The notes under the pieces are model-generated. The model made no database searches, was not told where the DNA came from, and saw only the letters and a program-made list of their open reading frames with translations. The translations under genes and the position numbers were made by a program. Below are positions 1 through 9,121 of a DNA stretch of 64,000 bases, in pieces (the stretch's first letter is position 1; each line of letters opens with the position of its first letter). Source of the DNA: Acidobacteriota bacterium (GTDB lineage: Bacteria > Acidobacteriota > Vicinamibacteria > Fen-336); NCBI GenBank assembly GCA_022340545.1, contig JAJDNV010000090.1, positions 801 through 64,800 on the forward strand. Direction: 5' to 3'.

Positions 1-563
1 CCCGGATCGTCCCGAAACCAAGCGAGCCAGACGGCGGCCCAGACCACGCCCACGAGTCCATTGAGGACAAAGGTCCAGCGCCACCCGACCAGACCGATGA
101 CGAGCGGCATCGTGAAGAGCGACACCGCCGCCCCCAGGCGCGCGCCCGAGAACATGATGCCCTGCCCGATCCCACGCTCCCTGACCGGCAGCCAGCTGTA
201 GTAGGCCCGCGTGGCCCCCGGGTACGCGCCCGCCTCGCCCACGCCGAAAAGGAAACGCACGACGAGCATCGAGACCGCGCCCACCACCGCTCCGGTGAGC
301 ATGGTGAAGATGCTCCAGGCGGTGACGACCCAGGTGAGAGCCTTGCGGGGACCGAAGCGGTCGGCGAACCAGCCGGCCGGGACCTGGAAGAGCGCGTAGC
401 CCAGGGCGAAGATCCCGAAGACCCAGCCCATCATCTGGTCGGTGAGGCCCAGGTCGCGGATGATCGATGTTTTGGCCGACGAGATCGCCACCCGGTCCAT
501 GATCGTGTTGACCGAGTGGAAGAACAGCAGCCCGATGAGGATGTCGCGCTGGCGGTTTCTCAC
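1..563 (-). CDS. MFS transporter, hexuronate/glucarate-like family. The N-terminal ~187 aa are present; the C-terminus lies beyond the window start.
   Basis: Reverse-strand translation of 1-563 gives VRNRQRDILIGLLFFHSVNTIMDRVAISSAKTSIIRDLGLTDQMMGWVFGIFALGYALFQVPAGWFADRFGPRKAL..., typical MFS TM1-TM4 with a conserved DR..S motif. GTG start at 563 is preceded by GGGGAGG 9 nt upstream. Not in the ORF track because it is truncated by the window edge. Confidence 0.7.
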   Translation of the reverse strand, partial: MRNRQRDILIGLLFFHSVNTIMDRVAISSAKTSIIRDLGLTDQMMGWVFGIFALGYALFQVPAGWFADRFGPRKALTWVVTAWSIFTMLTGAVVGAVSMLVVRFLFGVGEAGAYPGATRAYYSWLPVRERGIGQGIMFSGARLGAAVSLFTMPLVIGLVGWRWTFVLNGLVGVVWAAVWLAWFRDDP

Positions 564-634
564 GCTATCGCGCCTCCCCGCGTGGGAGGCATCCTACCTG
601 CACCGCGGGGGAAACGGGAGCCGTCGCCCGCCGG

Positions 635-2299
635 CTAGCTCGACGCGCGGGCGGGGCGAGGAGGGGTGCGCAGGGCCACGCGGGCCTCGAAGGAGACCGC
701 GACCGCCAGCACGATCAGGATCGCGCACAGGCCGGCCAGGAACCAGTCAGGCCCCTCGCGACCGACCCCGGTGACCGCGCCGTGGACCTGCCACACGAGG
801 GCGCCGATGGTCGTCACGAGCATCACGAGGGCGGGGACGAGAGTGACGCGGCGCGCCTTCCCACGATCCACGAGCCAGCAGGAGACGACCAGCAGGGCCA
901 GCGCGGCCACGAGCTGGTTCGAGGCGCCGAAGGCGGGCCAGAGGACGCGCCACTGGTCGGACAGGGCCAGGGCCCCCGCCGCCACCACGACGATGATCGC
1001 CGGGGCCCACCGGCTCTCCCAGCCGGTGAGCTCGGCCAGGAGGTAGCGGCCGAGCCGGGTGGCGGTGTCGAGGGTGGTGAGGATGAAGAAGTTCAACGCC
1101 ATCAGGGCGAAGGTTGTCCCATAGCCCCCGAGCATCGAGCCGGTGAGCGAGCCGTATCCCTCGCCGAAGGCGGCGATGGCCCCCCCGGGTGCGCGCAGGA
1201 GCTCGGCGTGGCGGGCCGCGCTCAGCCCCGCCCCCACCGCGATCACCACCAGCGTCGCCACCGTCGACTCCATGATCATCGCGCCATAGCCAATGCGGCA
1301 GGCGTGGGCCTCGTTGTCGAGCTGCTTGCAGGTGGTGCCCGAAGACACGACCGAGTGGAACCCCGAGATCGCGCCGCACGCGATGGTTACGAACATGAGC
1401 GGCCACAGGGGACCCGCCAGCGGCCACTCCGCGGGCTGGAATCCGTGAAACGGCGCCGCCTGGAAGGCGGGCCCGGACACGAGAATGCCGACGAGACCGA
1501 GGCCGATCGTGGTGAAGAGCACGTAGGAGGACAGGTAGTCGCGGGGCTGGAGCAGGTACTGGACGGGAAGGACGGAGGCCACCAGGCAGTAGACGAGAAG
1601 CGCGAGGGCCCAGAATGTCTGTGGGGCGAGGCCCGCGACGTGCGGCACCGGCGGCGGGAAGGCGTGGCCGAGGGCGAGCAGGGCCACGATCGCACCCAGG
1701 CCTCCGATCGTGACCAGGGCGAGGCGCCCGCCGCCCGAGCGACCGCGGTAGAGGGCCACCCCGGCGAGGGCCGCGACGGGCAGGATGCCCCAGCTCGGCA
1801 CCACGATCTCCGGGGCCTGGACGAATGTACCCGCGGTGAGCACGGTGAAGACGGCCAGAACCAGGACGAGCGCGATCAGGATGAAGACGGAGAACAGCGT
1901 CCGAGCCCGCCGAGTGACCACACGACCCGAGACCTCGGCGATCGAGACGCCACCGTGCCGCACCGCGACCACGAGGGACGAGAAGTCGGCCACCGCACCC
2001 ATCAGCACGCCACCGAGGACGATCCACACGATGGACGGCGCCCAGCCCCAGTAGGCGACGGCGAGCGCCGGGCCCACGATCGGGCCCGCCGCACAGATCG
2101 ACGAGAAGTGGTGCCCGAAGAGGACCAGCCACTGCCGCGCCGGGACGTAGTCGACGCCGTCGTACTTCGTGTGAGCGGGAGTCGGCCGCGACGGGTCGAT
2201 GCCCAGCAGACGGGCGACGAGCCGGCCGTAGACCAGGTATCCCACCCCGAGGAGCGCGATCACGACGAGAAGGAGCGCCCGTGCGTCCATGTCCCTCAC
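635..2299 (-). CDS. cstA: Carbon starvation protein A family transporter (CstA/BtsT-like peptide or pyruvate transporter)
   Basis: 554 aa polytopic protein with the CstA signature FGHHFSSICAAGPIVGPALAVAYWGW and family-typical length. GAGGTGA sits 7 nt upstream of the ATG at 2299. Confidence 0.9.
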   Translation of the reverse strand: MRDMDARALLLVVIALLGVGYLVYGRLVARLLGIDPSRPTPAHTKYDGVDYVPARQWLVLFGHHFSSICAAGPIVGPALAVAYWGWAPSIVWIVLGGVLMGAVADFSSLVVAVRHGGVSIAEVSGRVVTRRARTLFSVFILIALVLVLAVFTVLTAGTFVQAPEIVVPSWGILPVAALAGVALYRGRSGGGRLALVTIGGLGAIVALLALGHAFPPPVPHVAGLAPQTFWALALLVYCLVASVLPVQYLLQPRDYLSSYVLFTTIGLGLVGILVSGPAFQAAPFHGFQPAEWPLAGPLWPLMFVTIACGAISGFHSVVSSGTTCKQLDNEAHACRIGYGAMIMESTVATLVVIAVGAGLSAARHAELLRAPGGAIAAFGEGYGSLTGSMLGGYGTTFALMALNFFILTTLDTATRLGRYLLAELTGWESRWAPAIIVVVAAGALALSDQWRVLWPAFGASNQLVAALALLVVSCWLVDRGKARRVTLVPALVMLVTTIGALVWQVHGAVTGVGREGPDWFLAGLCAILIVLAVAVSFEARVALRTPPRPARASS

Positions 2300-2427
2300 C
2301 TCGGCAGACGACCCCGCCCCTCCTCACGCACAGAGATCGGGGAATCTACCACGGACCGAGGCGGACGCGTGGCTTCTTCTCCGCCGGCCGCGGGGGGGCT
2401 GGGGCGGATCGCCTCCCCGGCGAGCGC

Positions 2428-2802
2428 TCAGCGATCGACGGTCTCCACCGGGCCTGAGCCCGGCGGGGCCTCACAGGGGACCTGCTGCCAGCCGGTGCGG
2501 ATCGTCGTTGCACCGCAGTAGTTCCGGCCCTGCGAGCGCGGGTCGTTCAGATAGGCGAGGATCGTGGCGCAGGTCTCGCTCTCCTCCGGACTCACCCGGC
2601 ACACCCCGCTGAAGGAGCGGTTGGTGAAGCAGCAGTCATCGCGCGGAGACGGCTCCTGCGGTGCCGCCGCGACGCCGACGCAGGCTTTCGGGTGAGCGAC
2701 GTCGGGCGCGGGTCCGGCCATCAGCGCCACCGCCGACCCGCCGACGAGGAGCGCGGCGAGACATGCCATCACAGATCTGAGCTCGGTGTGTCCTGTTCTC
2801 AC
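2428..2802 (-). CDS. Small secreted cysteine-rich hypothetical protein (8 Cys in the mature part)
   Basis: In-frame GTG at 2802 follows GGAGGAGG by 8 nt (an alternative ATG lies at 2769). Signal-peptide-like MACLAALLVGGSAVALMAGPA precedes a Cys-rich ~90 aa region (CVGV...DDCCF...GVCRV...ETCAT...NYCG...VPCE). It lies immediately downstream of the GRE gene. Confidence 0.45.
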   Translation of the reverse strand: MRTGHTELRSVMACLAALLVGGSAVALMAGPAPDVAHPKACVGVAAAPQEPSPRDDCCFTNRSFSGVCRVSPEESETCATILAYLNDPRSQGRNYCGATTIRTGWQQVPCEAPPGSGPVETVDR

Positions 2803-2836
2803 GGCACACCTCCTCCCTGAAGTATCCGACATTGCC

Positions 2837-5254
2837 CTACGCCAGGGAAGGCTTTGCCGCGACGACGGGCGCGGCGAGGGGGGTTGAGCCCGAGAGCCCG
2901 TCGTGCTCGGTGCGGGCGATGATCTCATCCTGGAGGGCCACTGAGAGGTCGCAGAAGTAGTCGCTGTAGCCGGCCACACGCACGATCAGGTCGCGGTGCT
3001 CCTCGGGCCGCGCCTGCGCCTCGCGCAGCGTCTCTGCCCGCACCACGTTGAACTGCACGTGATGCCCGTCCATCTTGAAGTACCCCCGCACGAGGTGGGC
3101 CAGGGCGTCGATGCCGGCATCGCCGTCGAGGAGAGAGGGGGCGAACTTCATGTTCAGCAGGGTGCCGCCCGTGCGGAGGTGGTCCATCTTCGCCGCCGAT
3201 CGGAGGACAGCGGTCGGTCCGCGACGGTCGGCCCCCTGCACCGGTGAGATGCCCTCGGACACTGGCCGCGTCGCTCGACGTCCGTCCGGCGTCGCCCCGG
3301 TCACCGAGCCGAAGTAGACGTGACAGGTCGTGGGCAGCATCTGGATGCGGTACCGTCCCCCGCGGGCGCTCGGGCGGCCGTCCACCGAGGAGAAGAAAGC
3401 CTCGAAGGCGCGCTGCATCAGGGCGTCGGCGCGGTCGTCATCGTTGCCGTACTTCGGCATGCGGTTGACGAGCCGCAGGCGCAGGGGCTCGTGTCCGTCG
3501 AAATCGCCGTCCAGCGCCGACACGAGCTCCTCGAGAGACACGCGCCCCTCCTCGAACACCGCGCCACGGATGGCGGCGAAGCTGTCGGTCAGCGTCCCGA
3601 TACCCACCCCCTGGATGTAGGTATTGTTGTACCGGGCGCCGCCGGCGTTGTAGTCACGGCCGCTGCGGATGCAGTCGTCGATCAGGACCGAGAGGAATGG
3701 CGCGGGCATGAGCCGCGCGTACATCCTCTGGATCACCTGGTTGCCGGCGATCTTGACGTCGAGAACGTGCCTCATCTGTGTCTCGAAGGCGCCGAAGACG
3801 GCATCGAAGTTCTTGAGGGTCCCCGGCTCGCCGGTGGCCGGGCCGAGCCGACGCCCCGAGCGCGGATCGAGTCCGTTGTGCAGGGCCAGCTCCAGCACCT
3901 TCGGCAGGTTGAAGTAGCCGGTGAGGATGTAGGCCTCCTTGCCGAAGGCCCCGACCTCCACGCAGCCCGAGCAACCGCCGGCCCGGGCGTCCTCGAGCGT
4001 CTTGCCCTGGCGTAGCTGTTCCGCGACGACGGCATCGGCGTTGAACAGCGACGGGAATCCGTAGCCCTTCCGGACGACCCTCAGGGCGTGCTTCAGGAGC
4101 GCGTCCGGCGTCTTGCCCGAGACCTGGACGTTCGAGGATGGCTGGAGGAGGTGCATCTCGTCGATGATCTCGAGGAGGAGATGCGAGACCTCGTTCGAGC
4201 CGTCGGTGCCGTCCGTCCGGAGCCCGCCGAGGTTGATGTTGGCGAAGTCGGTGTAGGTGCCGCTCTCGGCGGCGGTGACCCCCACCTTCGGCGGCGCCGG
4301 GTGGTTGTTGAACTTGATGAAGAAGCACTCGAGGATCTCCTTCGCCCGCTCCCGCGTGAGCGTCCCTTCCATCAGGCCACGCTCGTAGAACGGGAGCAGG
4401 TGCTGGTCGAGGCGTCCCGGGTTGAAGGCGTCCCAGCCGTTGAGCTCGGTGATGACGGCGAGGTGGCAGAACCAGTACGACTGGAGCGCCTCCTGGAGAT
4501 CGCGGGGGGCCTGAGCGGGCACCCGGCGGCACACGGAGGCGATCGTCTTGAGCTCGGAGCGTCGAGCGGGCTCGGGCTCGGCTTCGGCCAGGGCCTCGGC
4601 CCGCTCGGCGTGGCGCGCCGCGAAGAGCAGAACCGCGTCGCACGCGATGTCCATGGCCCGGAGCTGTTCACGTCTGTCCCAGGCCTCCCCATCGTGGAGA
4701 GGGTCCAGCGCCTCGACGGCGGCGGCGATGTCGGCCTTGAAGTCCAGTAGCCCCCGCCGGTAGATCTTGTCGTCGAGGACGGTGTGGCCCGGGGCCCGCT
4801 GCTCCATGAACTCGGTGAAGAGCCCGGCCTCGTAGCACGTGTGCCATTCCGGTGGCAGGGCCTCGAAGATCCGGTCGCGCAGCGACCGGCCTCGCCAGTA
4901 GGGGATGACGTCCCGCTCGTAGGCCAGGATCACATCGGGGTCGACCCGGTAGCTCGTCTTCTCGCGGGAGTTCAGGATGCGAAGGTCCTCGACGCTGTGG
5001 CAGGTGAGCTCCGGGAAGGTGGGGACGGCCTTGGGCGCCGGCCCCCGCTCGCCGACGATCAGCTCGCCCTCGCCCACGTGGATTCGCCTGTTCTCGCAGA
5101 GGTGCAGAAACGCGCGGGCCCGCATGACGGGCACAGAGAGGCGCCCGTCGTGGTCGCGGTAGAAGCGCGTCAACAGGAGCGCGCGCTCGGCGGAGATCGA
5201 TGGCGGGGTGTCGAGGCTCAGCCGGCGCAGGGCTTCGGTTCGGGGGGTCATCAT
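2837..5254 (-). CDS. Glycyl radical enzyme, PFL2 / glycerol-dehydratase-like (eliminase) family; substrate unknown
   Basis: 805 aa from ATG at 5254-5252 (MMTPRTEALRRL...). The C-terminal glycyl radical motif is RVAGYSDYFCDL. Active-site loop GGCSGCVEVG has the Cys-x-Glu arrangement of PFL2-type eliminases. The track's 1065-aa ORF has a low-complexity N-terminal 260 aa that overlaps the activase gene and is rejected. Confidence 0.9.
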   Translation of the reverse strand: MMTPRTEALRRLSLDTPPSISAERALLLTRFYRDHDGRLSVPVMRARAFLHLCENRRIHVGEGELIVGERGPAPKAVPTFPELTCHSVEDLRILNSREKTSYRVDPDVILAYERDVIPYWRGRSLRDRIFEALPPEWHTCYEAGLFTEFMEQRAPGHTVLDDKIYRRGLLDFKADIAAAVEALDPLHDGEAWDRREQLRAMDIACDAVLLFAARHAERAEALAEAEPEPARRSELKTIASVCRRVPAQAPRDLQEALQSYWFCHLAVITELNGWDAFNPGRLDQHLLPFYERGLMEGTLTRERAKEILECFFIKFNNHPAPPKVGVTAAESGTYTDFANINLGGLRTDGTDGSNEVSHLLLEIIDEMHLLQPSSNVQVSGKTPDALLKHALRVVRKGYGFPSLFNADAVVAEQLRQGKTLEDARAGGCSGCVEVGAFGKEAYILTGYFNLPKVLELALHNGLDPRSGRRLGPATGEPGTLKNFDAVFGAFETQMRHVLDVKIAGNQVIQRMYARLMPAPFLSVLIDDCIRSGRDYNAGGARYNNTYIQGVGIGTLTDSFAAIRGAVFEEGRVSLEELVSALDGDFDGHEPLRLRLVNRMPKYGNDDDRADALMQRAFEAFFSSVDGRPSARGGRYRIQMLPTTCHVYFGSVTGATPDGRRATRPVSEGISPVQGADRRGPTAVLRSAAKMDHLRTGGTLLNMKFAPSLLDGDAGIDALAHLVRGYFKMDGHHVQFNVVRAETLREAQARPEEHRDLIVRVAGYSDYFCDLSVALQDEIIARTEHDGLSGSTPLAAPVVAAKPSLA

Positions 5255-6147
5255 CAGGCTCCAAGCGAGACCTGGAGGCCCCGCTCGCGAAACACGACCG
5301 CGAGGGCCTCCATCCGTTCGGGGGAGGGCGGGGCGAGGGACTGGAGCGAAGACGGCCGGCCGAGTCGGCGGGCCTTGTCCACGCCGGTCCGGTGGTACGG
5401 CAGCAGGCTCACCCGGCGCACGCCGCTCAGCCCGGCAACGATCTCCGCCAGCGCGGCGAGGTCGGCTTCGCCGTCGGTGTGGCCGGGGATGATCGGGACG
5501 CGGATCCAGAGCGAGCGGTGGGCACGGCTGAGCGCCTGCAGGTTTTCGAGGATTGGCTCCGTGGGGAGGCCGGTGAACTCGCGGTGTCGGGCGTCGTCGG
5601 CGAGCTTCAGGTCGAAGAGGAAGAGGTCCACGAGCGGGACGAGGCCGAGAATCTCCTCGCGCGGTCCGAAGCCGCACGTGTCCACCGCGGTGTGGAGGTC
5701 GTGGCCCCGCGCGGCCTCGAGGAGGGCCCGGAGGAACCGAAGCTGGGCCAGAGGCTCGCCGCCGGAGAAGGTGACGCCGCCCCCCGATTCCTGGAAGAAG
5801 ACGCGGTCGCGCAGGACCTCGGCCATCACCTCGTCCACGGTCGTCTCGCGGCCGACCATCTCCCGGGCCCCGGCCGGGCACGCCTCGATGCAGGCGCCGC
5901 AGGCCGTGCACACGCCGGAGCCGGGGTCGGGGGCCCCGTGCGGGCACACCTCCTGGCACGTGCCGCACTCGATGCAGCGGCTGTCCACCCTCACGACCTC
6001 GGGCCCGAACGACTGGCTCTCCGGGTTGTGGCACCAGAGACAGCGGGCCGGGCAGCCCTTGAGGAAGACGGTGGTGCGGATGCCGGGGCCGTCATGCAAC
6101 GAGTAGCGCTGCACGTTGAAGACGCGCCCGCTCGTCAGCCCGCTCAT
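5254..6147 (-). CDS. Glycyl radical enzyme activating enzyme (radical SAM, PflA/CutD-like)
   Basis: 297 aa with a CPARCLWCHNP radical-SAM CX3CX2C cluster near the N-terminus, plus ferredoxin-like CIECGTCQEVCP and CTACGACIEACP inserts typical of GRE activases. Its stop TGA (5256-5254) overlaps the GRE ATG (TGATGATGA). Confidence 0.9.
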   Translation of the reverse strand: MSGLTSGRVFNVQRYSLHDGPGIRTTVFLKGCPARCLWCHNPESQSFGPEVVRVDSRCIECGTCQEVCPHGAPDPGSGVCTACGACIEACPAGAREMVGRETTVDEVMAEVLRDRVFFQESGGGVTFSGGEPLAQLRFLRALLEAARGHDLHTAVDTCGFGPREEILGLVPLVDLFLFDLKLADDARHREFTGLPTEPILENLQALSRAHRSLWIRVPIIPGHTDGEADLAALAEIVAGLSGVRRVSLLPYHRTGVDKARRLGRPSSLQSLAPPSPERMEALAVVFRERGLQVSLGA

Positions 6148-6833
6148 GGCGAGGCCTCGACCGCCTCTCCGAAGTAGTAGCGGTGGATGAAGGGCTCCTG
6201 GACGCCGAAGGACCAGTGCACGTCGCGAAGGTGATCGGCAGCGGCCCGCGCGTCGCCCCTCGCCACGAGCCGTACCAGAGCGGCGTGCTCCTCCAGAGAG
6301 GCAAGCTCCCAGTCCTTCACGAGCCCCTGGCGCCGGGGCCAGTCGTAGAGTCTTTGCTTCTGGATGCGCACGATCCGCACGAGGAGCTCGTTCTCGCAGC
6401 GGTCGAGGAACACGTCGTGGAAGGCGAGGTTCCGGTCGTAGTACAGGTCGAAGTCGTCGGCGAGCACGGCGCTCTTCATCTCCGCGTTCAGGCCGTTGAG
6501 GGTTCGTATCTCCGCCTCGCCAAGCTTCGGGAAGGCGGCGAGGACGGCCGTCCCCTCGAGGGCCCCGATCAGCTCGTAGAGATGGCGGATGTCCTCGAGG
6601 GTCAGTGGCCGCACCCGGACTCCCCGCCGGGGAAGGATCGCGACGAAGCCCTCCGCCTCGAGCTGGAGGAGGGCGTCCCGGAGCGGGGTGCGGCTCACGC
6701 CGAGTCGAGAGGCCAGCTCGTCCTGGTTGATGAACGACCCGGGTTGGATCTCACCGTGGGTCATGAGCAGGCGCAGGTGGTCGTAAACCTGCTCCCGGAG
6801 TGACTTGAGGACGAGCGGACCCGACGTGCCCAC
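6144..6833 (-). CDS. GntR family transcriptional regulator, FadR/FCD subfamily
   Basis: 229 aa with an N-terminal winged HTH (QDELASRLGVSRTPLRDALLQLEAEGFV) and a C-terminal FCD-like helical domain. GTG start at 6833. Its 3' end overlaps the activase start by 4 nt. Confidence 0.85.
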   Translation of the reverse strand: MGTSGPLVLKSLREQVYDHLRLLMTHGEIQPGSFINQDELASRLGVSRTPLRDALLQLEAEGFVAILPRRGVRVRPLTLEDIRHLYELIGALEGTAVLAAFPKLGEAEIRTLNGLNAEMKSAVLADDFDLYYDRNLAFHDVFLDRCENELLVRIVRIQKQRLYDWPRRQGLVKDWELASLEEHAALVRLVARGDARAAADHLRDVHWSFGVQEPFIHRYYFGEAVEASP

Positions 6834-6851
6834 GATGGCCTTCCGTGGACT

Positions 6852-6863
6852 CTGATATATCAG
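6852..6863. promoter_or_regulatory. Perfect 12-bp AT-rich palindrome CTGATATATCAG, 19 bp upstream of the gntR start; candidate GntR-type operator or promoter element
   Basis: Seen directly: ...ggactCTGATATATCAGatttcag... in an otherwise ~70% GC context. GntR/FadR-type operators are typically short AT-centred palindromes. Confidence 0.4.
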
Positions 6864-6937
6864 ATTTCAGATGCCCCCGCCAGCCTCGTGGGCGCTGGGA
6901 TGGACTTCGATGAGCCCCCGGCGGTCCCGCCGCCGGC

Positions 6938-7675
6938 CTAGCTGAGCCAGTCGATCAGACCCCGGACCGCGGAGAGGATCTCGACGTCGTGGCTCGCCGG
7001 CCGGGTGCCGGGCGCGGCGGAGAGCCTCCCCGTCATCAATCGGGCGTCAAGCTCGGCCTGGCGCAGCCGTTCCCGCTCATCCTGGAGGTCCGCCTTCTCC
7101 CGGGCCCGCGCCCGGTCCATCCCGCCCGCCCGGATGAACTCGACGATCCGCCGCAGCTCGCCCTGGTTGAGCCAGACGCCGTGCCCCTTGCAGACGTCGA
7201 CGAGAACACCCGACACCCGGGCGAAGTTGTGCCGGTTCATCAGACGCCGGCACTCGGGGCAGGGCCAGTAGCGCTGGGGCCCGGCCGGCGCGGGCGGGGC
7301 CTGGGGCCGGGACAGCGTCGCCTCCAGGACGACGGTCTGCTGCTCGGTCTCCTCGCAGATGCGGTGAAATGAGGTTGTGTCCACCCAGAGGCCGCCGCAG
7401 CGCGTGCACTCGTCGAGGGTGACCGAGCCCACCTTCGCGGGCTCGAGAGGACGCTTGCACTCCGGACAGGGGCGGGACGGACGGGACTCGGCCTCCTCGC
7501 GCACCGCCTTCGCCCCGCAGTGGGCGCAAAAACGAGTGCCCCGGAACAGCTTGGCGAAGCATGACGGGCAGGCCACGAGGGCGAGCAGGGTGCCGCAGTA
7601 TGGGCAGGCCGTCGCATCTGGCGTGGCCGGAGCTCCGCACGAGGGGCAACGGACGGTCCCCGCAGTCTTCGGCAT
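6938..7675 (-). CDS. Zinc-ribbon protein with two zf-TFIIB-like CxxC...CxxC modules
   Basis: 245 aa containing CPSCGAP...CPYCG, CPSC...CAHCG, CPECKRP...CTRCGGLWVD and CPECRRL...CKGHGVWLNQGEL. A C-terminal charged, coiled-coil-like segment follows. Confidence 0.6.
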   Translation of the reverse strand: MPKTAGTVRCPSCGAPATPDATACPYCGTLLALVACPSCFAKLFRGTRFCAHCGAKAVREEAESRPSRPCPECKRPLEPAKVGSVTLDECTRCGGLWVDTTSFHRICEETEQQTVVLEATLSRPQAPPAPAGPQRYWPCPECRRLMNRHNFARVSGVLVDVCKGHGVWLNQGELRRIVEFIRAGGMDRARAREKADLQDERERLRQAELDARLMTGRLSAAPGTRPASHDVEILSAVRGLIDWLS

Positions 7676-7795
7676 CGCCTCGATTCTATGCCCAGGGACT
7701 TCTCGTGAACGAACTCATCGCGAATGTTGGCCTGGCGAAAGACGATGCGGCGGATGCTCGGTCGGGCCCCGCGGGCGACCGGTGCCGACGGGCCC

Positions 7796-9121
7796 CTATT
7801 TCGTGACCGTGAAGACGACGCGCTCGGAACGCGTGCCGACCCCATCCTCGAGGGCGATCGCGAACTCCCCGGTCTCCGCGTCTTCGGCGAGATCGACGAG
7901 GATGGTGATCAGCGTCGGGTTCACATACTTGTGACGGAGCACGGTCACGCCCCGGGGGGCCTTCTCCAGGGGGAGAATGCGGGCCTGGAGATCGGAGCGG
8001 AACCCGGTTCCCCGCAGATCGAGCAGGACCTTGCCCGGCCGCCGCACCTCGAGCGGCGACACCGTGGAAAGGACCACCGGCTCCGCCGGCGGGGCCGGCG
8101 GCGCAACCTGGGGCGCGGGGTTCGGCGGTGGCGCCTCGACCTGGGGCGCGGGGGCGGGCGGCGCGGCGGCCGGCTCCGGGCGCGTCACCGGCTCGGGGGG
8201 TGCTGGCACCGGCGTGGGTGTGGGTGTCGGCCTGGGCGTGGGTGTGGGCGCGGGCTCGACCGCAGTCGGCGGAGGGGACACCGCCCGAGGCGGCGTGGGT
8301 GTGGGCGTTGGTCGCACGCCGGGATCCGTCATCGCCGGCGTGGGCGTTGGGATGGCCGGGACGGGCGTGGGCGCGGCGGCCGCCGGTGTGGGCGTGGGCT
8401 GGGTGGCCGTTGGCTCCACCGCTGCCGGCGTGGTGGCCGGAACCGAGGCGACGGTCGTGGGTGGCGCCGGCGTTGTCGCCGCACCCGACGAGGATGTGAG
8501 CCCGGGCCCGAGGTACTGCCAGCCCGCGCCGGCGGCAAGGCCAATGACGACGACCAGGGCGGCGAGAAGCGGCCACGTGCGTCGGGAGGGCCGCTCGGCA
8601 CTCGCCCGCGCCGGCTTCGCCGATCGTGCCGAGCGTGTGATCCGGGGCGACGTCTTCGGTCCCGCCGAGCTCTTCTGCTGAGCCGCCGCCATCTGGGCGA
8701 GGTACGTCAGGTCCTTCGGCCGCCAGTCGGCCGAGCGCTCGAGGCAGGCCATGACCGCGTCCGCCAGCTCCCGGGGCAGATCGGAGCGCACCTTGAACAG
8801 GTGGGCGGGGGAGTCACCCGCGGGACGTCCGGCCAGGATCTCCCAGGCGATCGCCCCGGCCGAGTAGACGTCGGCCAGCGCCGGCGGCGCGTCGCCGCCG
8901 GCGTCGGGTGCGGCGTAGCCGGGCGCGGGAGCGCCCTGGCGCGCCGCTGAGAGGTCGCAATCCAAGTCGGAGCCCAGCTCGATGCGAGAGGGCTCGAGGG
9001 CGGCCAGAGCCCCGCCGCGGTCGTGGACTTCGTTGACGGCCTGGCAAAGAGAGTGAACGACGCGCAGCCTCTCGTCGAGCGATCGTTCCTGCCGGAGCCA
9101 GACATCGAGCTTCATGGTCAC
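7796..9121 (-). CDS. Membrane protein with a degenerate protein-kinase C-lobe-only domain, a TM helix, a long Pro/Thr/Ala-rich linker and a ~90 aa C-terminal domain
   Basis: The N-terminal ~160 aa resemble Ser/Thr kinase subdomains VIb-XI (VHDRGG in place of HRD; DVYSAGAIAWEILAG like subdomain IX; ACLERSADWRP like XI). There is no Gly-loop/VAIK N-lobe, and no room for one upstream. A TM segment WPLLAALVVVIGLAAGAGW follows, then a PTPTP-rich linker. Confidence 0.5.
   Translation of the reverse strand: MTMKLDVWLRQERSLDERLRVVHSLCQAVNEVHDRGGALAALEPSRIELGSDLDCDLSAARQGAPAPGYAAPDAGGDAPPALADVYSAGAIAWEILAGRPAGDSPAHLFKVRSDLPRELADAVMACLERSADWRPKDLTYLAQMAAAQQKSSAGPKTSPRITRSARSAKPARASAERPSRRTWPLLAALVVVIGLAAGAGWQYLGPGLTSSSGAATTPAPPTTVASVPATTPAAVEPTATQPTPTPAAAAPTPVPAIPTPTPAMTDPGVRPTPTPTPPRAVSPPPTAVEPAPTPTPRPTPTPTPVPAPPEPVTRPEPAAAPPAPAPQVEAPPPNPAPQVAPPAPPAEPVVLSTVSPLEVRRPGKVLLDLRGTGFRSDLQARILPLEKAPRGVTVLRHKYVNPTLITILVDLAEDAETGEFAIALEDGVGTRSERVVFTVTK

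Noticed and set aside
747-2521. Long ORFs 747..2327 (-) and 782..2521 (+), overlapping cstA in other frames.
   Set aside because: The translations are extreme Arg/Gly/Pro/His low-complexity with no domain features. This is the typical off-frame open-reading artefact of ~70% GC DNA. cstA in the third frame has a clear family signature.
5255-6034. N-terminal 260 aa of the 1065-aa track ORF 2837..6034.
   Set aside because: It is low-complexity (RGR/PRP-rich) and overlaps the activase gene in another frame. The conserved GRE sequence begins at MMTPRTEA (ATG 5254), which is exactly coupled to the activase stop.
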